DNA of 64,000 nt from an uncultured Acetobacteraceae bacterium (GTDB taxonomy: Bacteria; Pseudomonadota; Alphaproteobacteria; Sphingomonadales; Sphingomonadaceae), in NCBI GenBank assembly GCA_964658485.1, contig CAZZYX010000006.1, positions 419-64,418 on the forward strand, read 5' to 3'. The translations under genes were made by a program, and so were the position numbers. Of the stretch, positions 38,556-47,039 are shown one piece after another (the stretch's first letter is position 1; each line of letters begins with the position of its first letter). A model generated the notes under the pieces. The model was not told where the DNA came from and made no database searches. It saw nothing but the letters and a program-made list of their open reading frames with translations.

Positions 38556-39359
38556 TCAGAATGGCAACCAGTTCTGATGACGCGAGATTTTCATGTAGCC
38601 GCCATTGATCCCCAGCCGCAGCCCGACGCCCAGCCGCACTGGGATCAGCACGACATTGCCGCGCCGCAGATAGCTGACATTGAAGCCGCCGACGAAATAG
38701 GCCTGCCCCTCGCCCGCGCCAAAGCGGCGAAACAGATCGTTGGGGTTGTTGAGATTATAGACCAGCACGAAGGTCTTGGCAGCATTGGCGCCGACATCGA
38801 AACCAATCGATGGCCCGGTCCAATAGACGGGAAGCGGTTCGTGCATCTTCTGGCACAGCGTGCCCGAGCCATATCGCAACCCGACCGCAAAAGCCCCACC
38901 GGCTTCACGCCCTGAGATATAACCGTCGGGCGCGCCCTGCTTATGCAGGATGTCGCGAATGAGCGACGCCAATCCGCGCGATCCCTTGCCGAACACGCCT
39001 TCGGCGGCGCCGATCAGGTCGTCGGGCTGATACCCGGCGCTGCGCGGATCCCGATAGCCACACGTCGCGGCGGCAGGGTCGCTGACCAGGGGATGCCCGC
39101 CGGAATACTGCGCTGCCGGCGCGGCGTAAGGCGCTTGTGCGGGAGCATTGTCAGACGGCTGCGGGGGCGGCGGCGGAGGTGTCATGGGCGGCGGCGGCGG
39201 CGTGGTATCGCCATCCGGTCGCGCCAGATCGCCATCGATGCTCCCCGACGGCGACGTCGATTGCGCAGCCACGGGCGTAGCGGCCACCAGCAACGCCAGG
39301 CTGGCGGTGAGCAGCATCTTGTAGCAGGCAATATTTGCGCGGCGCGCGACCGTGGCCAT
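38556..39359 (-). CDS. DUF1134 (EipA-like) periplasmic protein with Pro-rich linker
   Basis: Signal peptide, a PPPPPMTPPPPPPQP tract, then ..GYISGREAGGAFAVGLRYGSGTL..GPSIGFDVGANA..FVGGFNVSY.. typical of DUF1134. Confidence 0.75.
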   Translation of the reverse strand: MATVARRANIACYKMLLTASLALLVAATPVAAQSTSPSGSIDGDLARPDGDTTPPPPPMTPPPPPPQPSDNAPAQAPYAAPAAQYSGGHPLVSDPAAATCGYRDPRSAGYQPDDLIGAAEGVFGKGSRGLASLIRDILHKQGAPDGYISGREAGGAFAVGLRYGSGTLCQKMHEPLPVYWTGPSIGFDVGANAAKTFVLVYNLNNPNDLFRRFGAGEGQAYFVGGFNVSYLRRGNVVLIPVRLGVGLRLGINGGYMKISRHQNWLPF

Positions 39360-39602
39360 TATTCGTCCCTTTTCGTCGCTGGCCACCCGGCCATGCTGTC
39401 CGGCTCATAGGGTCTCGCAGCGAAAAGAGAAATCATTCAAACGCAGCCTAGCAATGGCCAGGCGACGAGCAGAGTCGCTTTTACGACCAAGCGATAGCAG
39501 AGCGGTCGAAGCAGCCCGACCCGACGCCCCGAGATAAAGTCCCCCAGCCCACTTGCCGCCCCCGCCACCCCCGGCTATAGCCCGCGCTCGCTGCCGCGAG
39601 CT

Positions 39603-39694
39603 GGAGACGTGGGTGAGTGGCTGAAACCAACGGTTTGCTAAACCGTCGTGCTGTGAATACGGCACCGAGAGTTCGAATCTCTCCGTCTCCGCCA
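39603..39694 (+). tRNA. tRNA-Ser (anticodon GCT), CCA encoded
   Basis: Acceptor stem GGAGACG/CGTCTCC. Anticodon stem ACGGT/ACCGT with loop TTGCTAA. Long variable arm, GTTCGAATC T-loop, and discriminator G followed by CCA. Confidence 0.9.
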
Positions 39695-39894
39695 GAACCG
39701 GGTCCGCAGCGTTCCTTCGCGAACCGCTGGGACCCTCGATTACCGCGGAATTATCGGCATTTTTGGCAGTTTGCAGCTGATATCAGTTCGCGTTCGATCG
39801 CCACAATTCGCGTAAGACCGCTGCCAAGGTTATGACCAATTTTATGACTTGAGATAGCCAGCATGCCCGTTTATGCCTCGATCAGAGGTTACGC

Positions 39895-40608
39895 ATGCAC
39901 GTCAGAAATAAGCTTAATGTGAAACAGCTCGGCTCGTTAACGACCCCCGGGATCTACTCAGACGGCGGCGGATTGTATTTACGAGTCAGACCGACAGGAA
40001 CCAGGTCCTGGCTCTTCATATGCATGCTGGCCGGAAAACGCCGTGAAATGGGGCTAGGATCGGTGCTTGACGTGCCCTTAGCAAAGGCCTGCGAAAAGGC
40101 TGCGTCAGCGCGCGCTGTGCATCTGGAAGGGCGCGATCCGATCATGGCGCATAAGGCCATCGTTCGCGTCGAGGAACTACCAGCGACAAAATTCGGAACC
40201 TTCGCTATGAAATGGCTGGATGAGGTCGAATAAGGCTTTCGTAATCCGAAGCACCGGCAACAGTGGCGCAACACCTTGAACACCTACGCCGCCCCGTTGT
40301 TCGAACTGCAGATTGGCGAAATCACCACCGAGCAGGTGCTGGGGGTTCTACAGCCAATTTGGCTGAGCAAGCCCGAGACCGCCTCCCGAGTCGGGGGCCG
40401 GATCGAACGCGTGTTCGATGCGGCCAAGGTAAAAGGCTTGCGGCAAGGCGAGAACCCAGCCCGTGGCCGTGGCCATCTGGACCTGTTGCTGCCCAAGCGC
40501 GGCAAGGGTGAGGTAAAGCACCATGCTGCATTGCCGTTCCAGCAGGTCGCCGCCTTCATGATTGACTTGCGGAAGCGGCCAGGCACTGCGGCAAGGGCAT
40601 TGGAGTTC
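39895..40608 (+). pseudogene. Tyrosine integrase remnant (P4-like, DUF4102 arm domain plus SAM-like domain only)
   Basis: ..LTTPGIYSDGGGLYLRVRPTGTRSWLF.. N-terminal domain. An in-frame TAA at 40231-40233 is followed, in the same frame, by GFRNPKHRQQWRNTLNTYAAPLF... Homology stops at ..ARALEF (40608), and the catalytic R..HxxR..Y domain is absent. Confidence 0.75.
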
Positions 40609-41405
40609 AGCAACGCACCCCACGAGCGGGTATCGCCTTGCGTTGCGCGATCGGCAGGTATGGCTTTGTTTTCGGTAAGCTGCATCAGGCGAACATTGCG
40701 TCTGCCGACGAGATGAGGACGCAGCTTCTGGAGATTGGCAATCTCGAAGCTCTGCACGATCACCGGGGCATGGTTGAGATAGCTATCAGTGTTCAATACC
40801 GCCAGAAAACGGTCTTCCATCGGCAGACCGATCGAAGCGAAATAGGTCGAGTGCTTGATCTCCGGGATCATGCCCACGACACGCCCCCGCGCCGCCGCCT
40901 CTGCAGCGACGAAATCGATCATTTCCTCGAAGCCGACAATCTGGAACTCGCCGTCATAGGACTGGCTCTCGGGGGGAAATGCGTCCAGGCGCTCTTTCGC
41001 GCGCAGTGTCTTCAATTCGGCGAAGGTGAAATCCTCGGTGAACCAGCCGGTGACAGCGGCGCCGTCTATCGTCTTGGTGGCTTTGCGGTTGGCAAATTCT
41101 GGATGGGCGGCGACATCCGTCGTTTCGGCGATATTATTCTCGTGCCGGGCGACGAGTACGCCGTCGCGGGTAGGCACCAGATCGGGCTCGATGAAGTCCG
41201 CGCCATCGGCAATCGCCTTGGCATACGAGCCCAGCGTGTGTTCCGGGCGATGCGCGCAGGCGCCGCGATGCCCAAGCACCAGCGGGCGGGGACGTGCTAC
41301 TGCATTCACGCCCCGTGCCGCAGCCAGTCCAGGCATGCCCGCCGTTATCGCCGCGAGTCCGGCGGCGGCGGCCAGCGTGTCGCGCCGCGATAACCGGGCG
41401 CTCAT
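40609..41405 (-). pseudogene. 3'-truncated glycerophosphodiester phosphodiesterase (Tat-signal, GlpQ-like)
   Basis: RRDTLAAAAGLAA leader, then ..LGHRGA..PEHTL.SY..A...GADFIEPDLV.T.DG..VARHE.. The family signal is lost near 40.60-40.64 kb. The remaining ~110 codons of ORF 40284..41405 are the antisense of the integrase remnant (Arg/Ser/Cys-rich junk). Confidence 0.7.
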
Positions 41406-41407
41406 GC

Positions 41408-43906
41408 TCAGAAATTCACCGACAGCGTGCCGAAATATTCACGCGGTGCGATCGGATAGGCCGAGTAGCTGTTGGTCGCGGATCCGATCGAAACAGTCGA
41501 CCAGCCCTTCGTATTGCCGAGGTTGGTGACGTTCAGGCTGATCTCCGCCTTGCTCGCCCGGATCATCGAGGCGGGCAGTTGCGCGGCCAGGCGCAGCGAC
41601 GCCATGAAGTAGGAAGGCACGCTGGCATCGTTGACAAAGGTCGCATAGCGCTGACCCACGTAATCGCCAATCACCTGAGCTTCCAGCGGCCCGATGGCGA
41701 GCGTGGCGACGGTCTTGTTCATCCATTTGGGGCTGCCCGGCACCTGCTTGCCGCAGGTCGGCACGACGCCGGCCTGCACTGTCATGCCGCCGATGCAGGT
41801 TCCGGTGGCCGCCCCGATGCCCGATGCGGTGGAGGTATAGTCGCTCTTGTACGTCGAGCTGTTGTAGGAGGTGGCGTTGTAGATCGAGAATGCGTGGCCG
41901 AAATGTGCGGTAAAGGCGGCATCGACGCCGTCGGTATGTACGCTGCCGACGTTGACCAGCGTCGCCGTGCCACCGGTGATGCCGCTGCCGGCAATACCGC
42001 CGGGGTTGCTGTTGATCGCGAGCTGGCGATTGTTGAACACCACATGATAGTAGTTCACCTGAGCCTCGATCGCGCTCACAGAGCCACCTGAATAGCTGCG
42101 ATGTGTGCGCAGGCCGGCCTCATAGGTCCAGCTCGTCTCGGGCTTGCCGGTTTGGGCAAATGCGTTGAACGCGGCTTGGCTACCGGTGAACCACGGCGAC
42201 AGCGAAGCGCCGCCTTCATAGGTCATATATTGCCGCAGGTTCTTCTGCACGTTGAGATAGAATTCCTCACGATCGGTAAGCTCATAGCGCGCGCCGAAAG
42301 CGGGCAGGAACCAGCGTGCGGTGTTGAGCCGGCCCTGCGGCAGGCCGCCGGTGAGACCCGACAACGAACCGGCGACGGGCTGCACCGGATAGTAGCCGTT
42401 GGCCCATTGCGCGCTGGTCTTGAAGCCGGCCTCGATCTTCAGGCGTTTGGTCGCCTGCCAGTCGTCCTGCAGATGCAACTGCAGTTCCTTGACGCGCGAT
42501 TCACCCTGATACTGCGTAAACAGCGGGTTCGAAGGGCGAATGTATGGAGTGGAACCGGACGGATTGCTGGCATCCACGCCATACCAGCGGCGCCATTGCG
42601 TGGCGCTGTTGTGCTCGAACCAGCCGCCCAGTTCGATGCTATGCGCGCCCAGCTCGACATTCAGGTGAGAGATTACGCCCTGCCGGTCGATGCGGTACTC
42701 GGTGGTGCGCGTCACCAGCCCCGATCCGCCGGTTGCCGCGACCAGCGCCGCCGAGTTGTTGGCATTGCCTTTGAGGTGCGTGTCGGTGGCGTAGTTGGGA
42801 TCCAGGTAGGCTTGAATTACCGTGATCGACTGGCCAAGCGGGCCGGCAACCACGCCGACGGCATCGTCATGGTGGGCATAGGCGGTATTCGACCAGGTGA
42901 CATGATCGGACAGATGCGCGTCATATTTGGCATAGCCGAGATAGTCGGTGCGCTGCGCGTCTGAATAATAGTTCTGGTAATTGCTGCCGAGCGCCGCCGG
43001 GGTATTGCCGAAGGGGGCGACATAAGCGCGCATGGCTGGGAATTTTGGATAAAGGTAGGGGCGCGTGTAGGGCGTGTAGAGCTGGGCGGCGGTGGCGGTC
43101 TTGCCTGGCGAGGGGACGAAGAACGAAGTTGCGTCCTCATTCGGCTCGGTCTTGTTGGCATAGTCGAAATACAGCGTCAGCTTGCCGGCCGACGTATCGC
43201 GCACCAGCTTGGCGTTGACCTGATAGCCGCCCTGAATGCCGTCGAAATCCCACGACCGCGCACGCTGGCGGACGACCGAGATATAGGCGGACGTGTTCTG
43301 CGCATCCCCAATCAGCCCGGTGTCCAGCCGCGCATAGGTACGCGATGCGCCATAGCTGCCGCTGGTCTGATCGACCTGAAGGCCAAGATGTGCTGCCGGG
43401 TTGGCAGAGAAAGTCTCGACCGCGCCGCCCAGATTGCTCGTCGAAGGCGTTCCGAGATCACCGGCGCCAGTCGATACCACCACCCGCCCGACGTTCTCGG
43501 AGATTACCGCCCGCTGTGGCGAAAGGCCATTGTAATTGCCATAGTTCTGATCGCCCAGCGGCACCCCGTCCATGGTGTAGCCAAGCTGCTGGAAGTTGAA
43601 GCCGTGTATGAAGATCTGTGCGTTCTGCTCGTTGTTGCCCCATGGGTCGGCCGAGATGTACAGCACGCCGGGCAAGGTTTCGATGGCCTTCAGCGGTGAT
43701 ATGCCCGGCAGGATCTTCTGGATCTCCGCCTGGGTGATAGCAGTTGCCGAGCGAGTCGCCTTGGCCGTCACGACGATGGCTTCGGCGCTGTCAGTCGGCG
43801 CTGGATCGGACGGCCGTTCCTGCGCAAGCGCGGGGCAAGCACCCTGAAGCGCAACGATGGTAACTCTCAACGACAGCGATTTGCGCAGAGCACGGATACC
43901 GGTCAT
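41408..43906 (-). CDS. TonB-dependent receptor
   Basis: Signal peptide, TonB-box-like AIVVTA, plug (..LPGV.., ..IHGF..), a long beta-barrel and a C-terminal ..GTLSVNF. Confidence 0.9.
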   Translation of the reverse strand: MTGIRALRKSLSLRVTIVALQGACPALAQERPSDPAPTDSAEAIVVTAKATRSATAITQAEIQKILPGISPLKAIETLPGVLYISADPWGNNEQNAQIFIHGFNFQQLGYTMDGVPLGDQNYGNYNGLSPQRAVISENVGRVVVSTGAGDLGTPSTSNLGGAVETFSANPAAHLGLQVDQTSGSYGASRTYARLDTGLIGDAQNTSAYISVVRQRARSWDFDGIQGGYQVNAKLVRDTSAGKLTLYFDYANKTEPNEDATSFFVPSPGKTATAAQLYTPYTRPYLYPKFPAMRAYVAPFGNTPAALGSNYQNYYSDAQRTDYLGYAKYDAHLSDHVTWSNTAYAHHDDAVGVVAGPLGQSITVIQAYLDPNYATDTHLKGNANNSAALVAATGGSGLVTRTTEYRIDRQGVISHLNVELGAHSIELGGWFEHNSATQWRRWYGVDASNPSGSTPYIRPSNPLFTQYQGESRVKELQLHLQDDWQATKRLKIEAGFKTSAQWANGYYPVQPVAGSLSGLTGGLPQGRLNTARWFLPAFGARYELTDREEFYLNVQKNLRQYMTYEGGASLSPWFTGSQAAFNAFAQTGKPETSWTYEAGLRTHRSYSGGSVSAIEAQVNYYHVVFNNRQLAINSNPGGIAGSGITGGTATLVNVGSVHTDGVDAAFTAHFGHAFSIYNATSYNSSTYKSDYTSTASGIGAATGTCIGGMTVQAGVVPTCGKQVPGSPKWMNKTVATLAIGPLEAQVIGDYVGQRYATFVNDASVPSYFMASLRLAAQLPASMIRASKAEISLNVTNLGNTKGWSTVSIGSATNSYSAYPIAPREYFGTLSVNF

Positions 43907-44117
43907 AAGGCCCCCTTGTTCGTTTTCGCATGTTGCGAATATGCCCGGCGGGTAGGGCGGTTTTGTTTCGCCACTGTGAAGTTATTGCGACGAAGCTATG
44001 ACAACGGCGCGAGAATGGCGCTCCTGGTGGACGGCAGCTGGCGTGGAATGCGGCCGACTTAGGTATGTGAAACCAGGCTGGCACCAATCAACCAAATGGA
44101 CGGTTGTCACATTTTCG

Positions 44118-45338
44118 TCATGCGCCGCCGGACTCGCGGACCCATAGCGCCGCCGTCGCCACCGCGCCAATTGTCGCGAGCACTCCGAACATCCATAGCA
44201 TCGGCTCATAGCCTTCGGGATGCGCCGCGCCCGCGTGGTTCAAATCGTTTAGCCAACCCGCCGCCAGATTGCACGCGGCCAGCCCCAGGCTTTGCAGCAC
44301 GTTGATCAGCCCGTAGGCGGTCCCCAACCGCTTCGGCGAGACCAGCATTGCGGTCGCCGGCCAAATTACCGCGGGCACGACCGAGAAGCTGAGCCCCATC
44401 ATGGCGGTGGAGATCCAGAGGCTCCAATGCGTTGCATCGAGCATCACAAAGGTCAGCGGCATCAGCGCGGCGCCCAGCGTCAGCAGCATCGCACGCCGGC
44501 CGAAGCGATCCGCGATCAGCCCGAAGATCGGTGTTGCGAAGATCGCGGTGAAGAACACCCAGCTGTTCACGAGACCAGCTTCGGCCAGCGAAAGCCCCTT
44601 GGCGTCCTGGAAATAGACTATGGCGAAGGTGCTGCGGAATGGAAAGAACACCGAGGCGAACAGCACGTTCAGCGTCAGGATATACCAGAACGACCGGTCG
44701 AAACCGCGAAAATCGAACATGCCGTGCCACGATTGACTGCCCCCCGCTGCCTCTCGCCGACGCCGCATGTCGAGGACCCAGTACGCCATTGCGCCAATCA
44801 GGCTTATCCCGGTCAACCCGGCCGCCAGCCATAGCGGCGGCTGCCATGCGCCCGCATAGATCCCGGGCGCCCAACTCGGCGAGATGTCCGCCATATACGA
44901 GCCGACTCGCGCCAGGCTGAACAGCAGCGACATAGCCAGCGCCGCGCGCGCGGCATGGAACCACTGTGCAATCCCGGCCAGCAGCGCGATCAGCAGCGTC
45001 TCCTGCCCGATCCCGAACAGCAGCCGCCCGAATACCATCACCCCGAACGGCTGGCCTATTGCGGTGAGTACAGCGCCGACAAAGCAGAAACCTGCCATCA
45101 CCACGGCTATGCGCGACGCGCCGAACCGGTCGATCGGCAGGCCTCCGAGCAGCGACAACGGGATATTGGGCAGCCCGATCATCGAATTGAGCAAGCCGAA
45201 GTCGACCATGCCGAGACCGCGCTGCTTGCGCAGCAAGTCGGCTACCGGAGCGATGGCGTCGAAGGCGTAGTAATTGCCGGCGATGGCAACGCTGCACAAC
45301 GCGAGTACCAGCCACTTCAATCGCCCGTCCTGATGCAC
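44118..45338 (-). CDS. MFS transporter
   Basis: 12-TM profile with ..GGLPIDRFGASR.. and ..GLIADRFGRRAML.. loops. GTG start at 45338. Confidence 0.85.
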   Translation of the reverse strand: MHQDGRLKWLVLALCSVAIAGNYYAFDAIAPVADLLRKQRGLGMVDFGLLNSMIGLPNIPLSLLGGLPIDRFGASRIAVVMAGFCFVGAVLTAIGQPFGVMVFGRLLFGIGQETLLIALLAGIAQWFHAARAALAMSLLFSLARVGSYMADISPSWAPGIYAGAWQPPLWLAAGLTGISLIGAMAYWVLDMRRRREAAGGSQSWHGMFDFRGFDRSFWYILTLNVLFASVFFPFRSTFAIVYFQDAKGLSLAEAGLVNSWVFFTAIFATPIFGLIADRFGRRAMLLTLGAALMPLTFVMLDATHWSLWISTAMMGLSFSVVPAVIWPATAMLVSPKRLGTAYGLINVLQSLGLAACNLAAGWLNDLNHAGAAHPEGYEPMLWMFGVLATIGAVATAALWVRESGGA

Positions 45339-45391
45339 CCCGGTTTCCTTCAGCCGCGTCGTGACGCGAAAGTATCAGCCCCCGGAGGAGC

Positions 45392-46756
45392 TTAGTGAAT
45401 CCGCGCCCCCTGTCGTCGCAATTCCGCCTGCACCAATCCCACGTCCACGCGGTCCGGTGCCACTCCGGTCTTTAGCGAAATCGCCGCCGCCACCCCAGCG
45501 CCCTGCCCGGCAACCGCGCAGCACATCATGTTCCGTACCGCTGCGTGCGACACCTTGTCACCGCCGATCGCGCGACCGGCGACGAGCAGATTTTCCACCC
45601 CCTGCGGTAGCATCGCGCGATAGGGAACGTGGAAATACCGCCCGGTGGTGGGCAGGATCAGGATCCCGTAACCTTCGATGAATTCGGGAAATATGCCGAT
45701 GCTGTCGCCAAAGCGCGCCTGCTCGCGGACGTCGGTTTCGGTCAGATTATAGATCGCGTCGATCTTGCGGGTGTCGCGCACGCCCAGCGTCATCCCGAAA
45801 TTGCGCAGTTTTGCAGTTTCACAGCCCGGCATGAACGCCTTGAGTGCTTCGACTGCCTGCACCGCCCGCCAGCGCCCCTCCATCTCGCCGCGCGTGAGGT
45901 CGTCAGGATCGGTGCCGTCGCAATCGGCGATGTGGACGAGGTTCAGGTAGGTGAGATCGCCGTGGTCGCTGACTGTGCCCCAGGTGCCGGCAATGGTCGC
46001 CAGGTTGGCGGGGATCAGCCCGGCCTCCAGCGCCATCCTGAACGGCTTGCGCAGAAACGGGGAGAACATCGCATCCTCCTTGCCATCGGTTTCGATGTCC
46101 CATTCGCCGTTGCCGCCCCAGTCCGCATAGGTCTGCGGATCGGCCTTTACGTGGTCGATGAAACGCGCCTTGTTGACGCCGCTCATCGAGAACATCACCG
46201 AAACCGACATCATTTCCTCGCGCGGGGTCTTGCGCACTGCGGCGCCGCAGCGTGCGGCGATGTCGGCGTCTCCCGTGGCGTCGATCACGCGCTTGGCCAG
46301 GATCGCCTCGCGCCCGGCCTTGCTCTCGACGATGACGCCACGGATCGCATCGCCTTCCATGATCGGCGCGACGAATTGCCGGTGCAGCATCGGATGGATG
46401 CCCGCTTCGGTGACGAGCACATCGGCGACAACCTTGAACAACTCGGCATCGAGCGCATGGCTGGTCGATTGCGGCTCGGGCATCGCCGCGCCCATCGCGA
46501 TCGCCCGGCTCTCGAACTCGGGGCCGATGCCTTCGCTGTCGATCGTGGTCGGGTGGCGATACCAGGCAAGCCCCTCGACCCCGACCTGGGTCATGTTGCC
46601 GCCGAAGCAACCATAGCGCTCGAGCAATGTCGTTTCGACGCCAGCCCGCGCCGAGGCGAGCGCGGCGGCAAGGCCGCCGGGGCCGCTGCCGACCACTAGC
46701 ACATCGGTCTCGCGAACGACGTCGATTTCGCGGCTCGGTTCGGTGATGCGCTTCAT
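45392..46756 (-). CDS. FAD-dependent oxidoreductase (PF12831-like)
   Basis: ..DVLVVGSGPGGLAAALASARAGVETTLLERYGCFGGNMT.. dinucleotide-binding opening. About 454 aa, soluble. Confidence 0.75.
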   Translation of the reverse strand: MKRITEPSREIDVVRETDVLVVGSGPGGLAAALASARAGVETTLLERYGCFGGNMTQVGVEGLAWYRHPTTIDSEGIGPEFESRAIAMGAAMPEPQSTSHALDAELFKVVADVLVTEAGIHPMLHRQFVAPIMEGDAIRGVIVESKAGREAILAKRVIDATGDADIAARCGAAVRKTPREEMMSVSVMFSMSGVNKARFIDHVKADPQTYADWGGNGEWDIETDGKEDAMFSPFLRKPFRMALEAGLIPANLATIAGTWGTVSDHGDLTYLNLVHIADCDGTDPDDLTRGEMEGRWRAVQAVEALKAFMPGCETAKLRNFGMTLGVRDTRKIDAIYNLTETDVREQARFGDSIGIFPEFIEGYGILILPTTGRYFHVPYRAMLPQGVENLLVAGRAIGGDKVSHAAVRNMMCCAVAGQGAGVAAAISLKTGVAPDRVDVGLVQAELRRQGARIH

Positions 46757-47039
46757 CGGACGCGGGCCTTTGGTTTCTGGTACGCTAATTAATCTGCAGT
46801 GCCGATCAGCTCAGCGAACCAGCTCCACCAGCGGCAGCATCTGTACAGAATACGTCTCCATTTCCCAAATGGCCGTCGTTTTCCGGCACAACTGCCCGGC
46901 TCGAACGAAATCCGTCTTTCACTGGTCATCCGATGTCGGCTCCCGCGCTGCAATAAAATTGTTATCTTTGCAGGGCAGGGAGGCCGCGCTAGCGAAGTAC
47001 AACCGTGCCCGCGCAGATCTTCATGGGGACAATAACGAC

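Noticed and set aside
40284-40608. C-terminal ~110 codons of the 373-aa ORF 40284..41405, which make the phosphodiesterase look full length
   Set aside because: This stretch is the reverse complement of the integrase remnant and translates to Arg/Ser/Cys/Pro-rich sequence with no GDPD similarity. It is interpreted as read-through past a deletion junction.
43907-44117. Possible cobalamin or TPP riboswitch upstream of the TonB receptor at 41408..43906 (a GCCACTG string is present)
   Set aside because: The B12-box-like string is on the wrong strand relative to the receptor. On the correct strand the other conserved riboswitch elements (GGGAA/GGTGAAA, or CTGAGA...ACCTGA) are absent.
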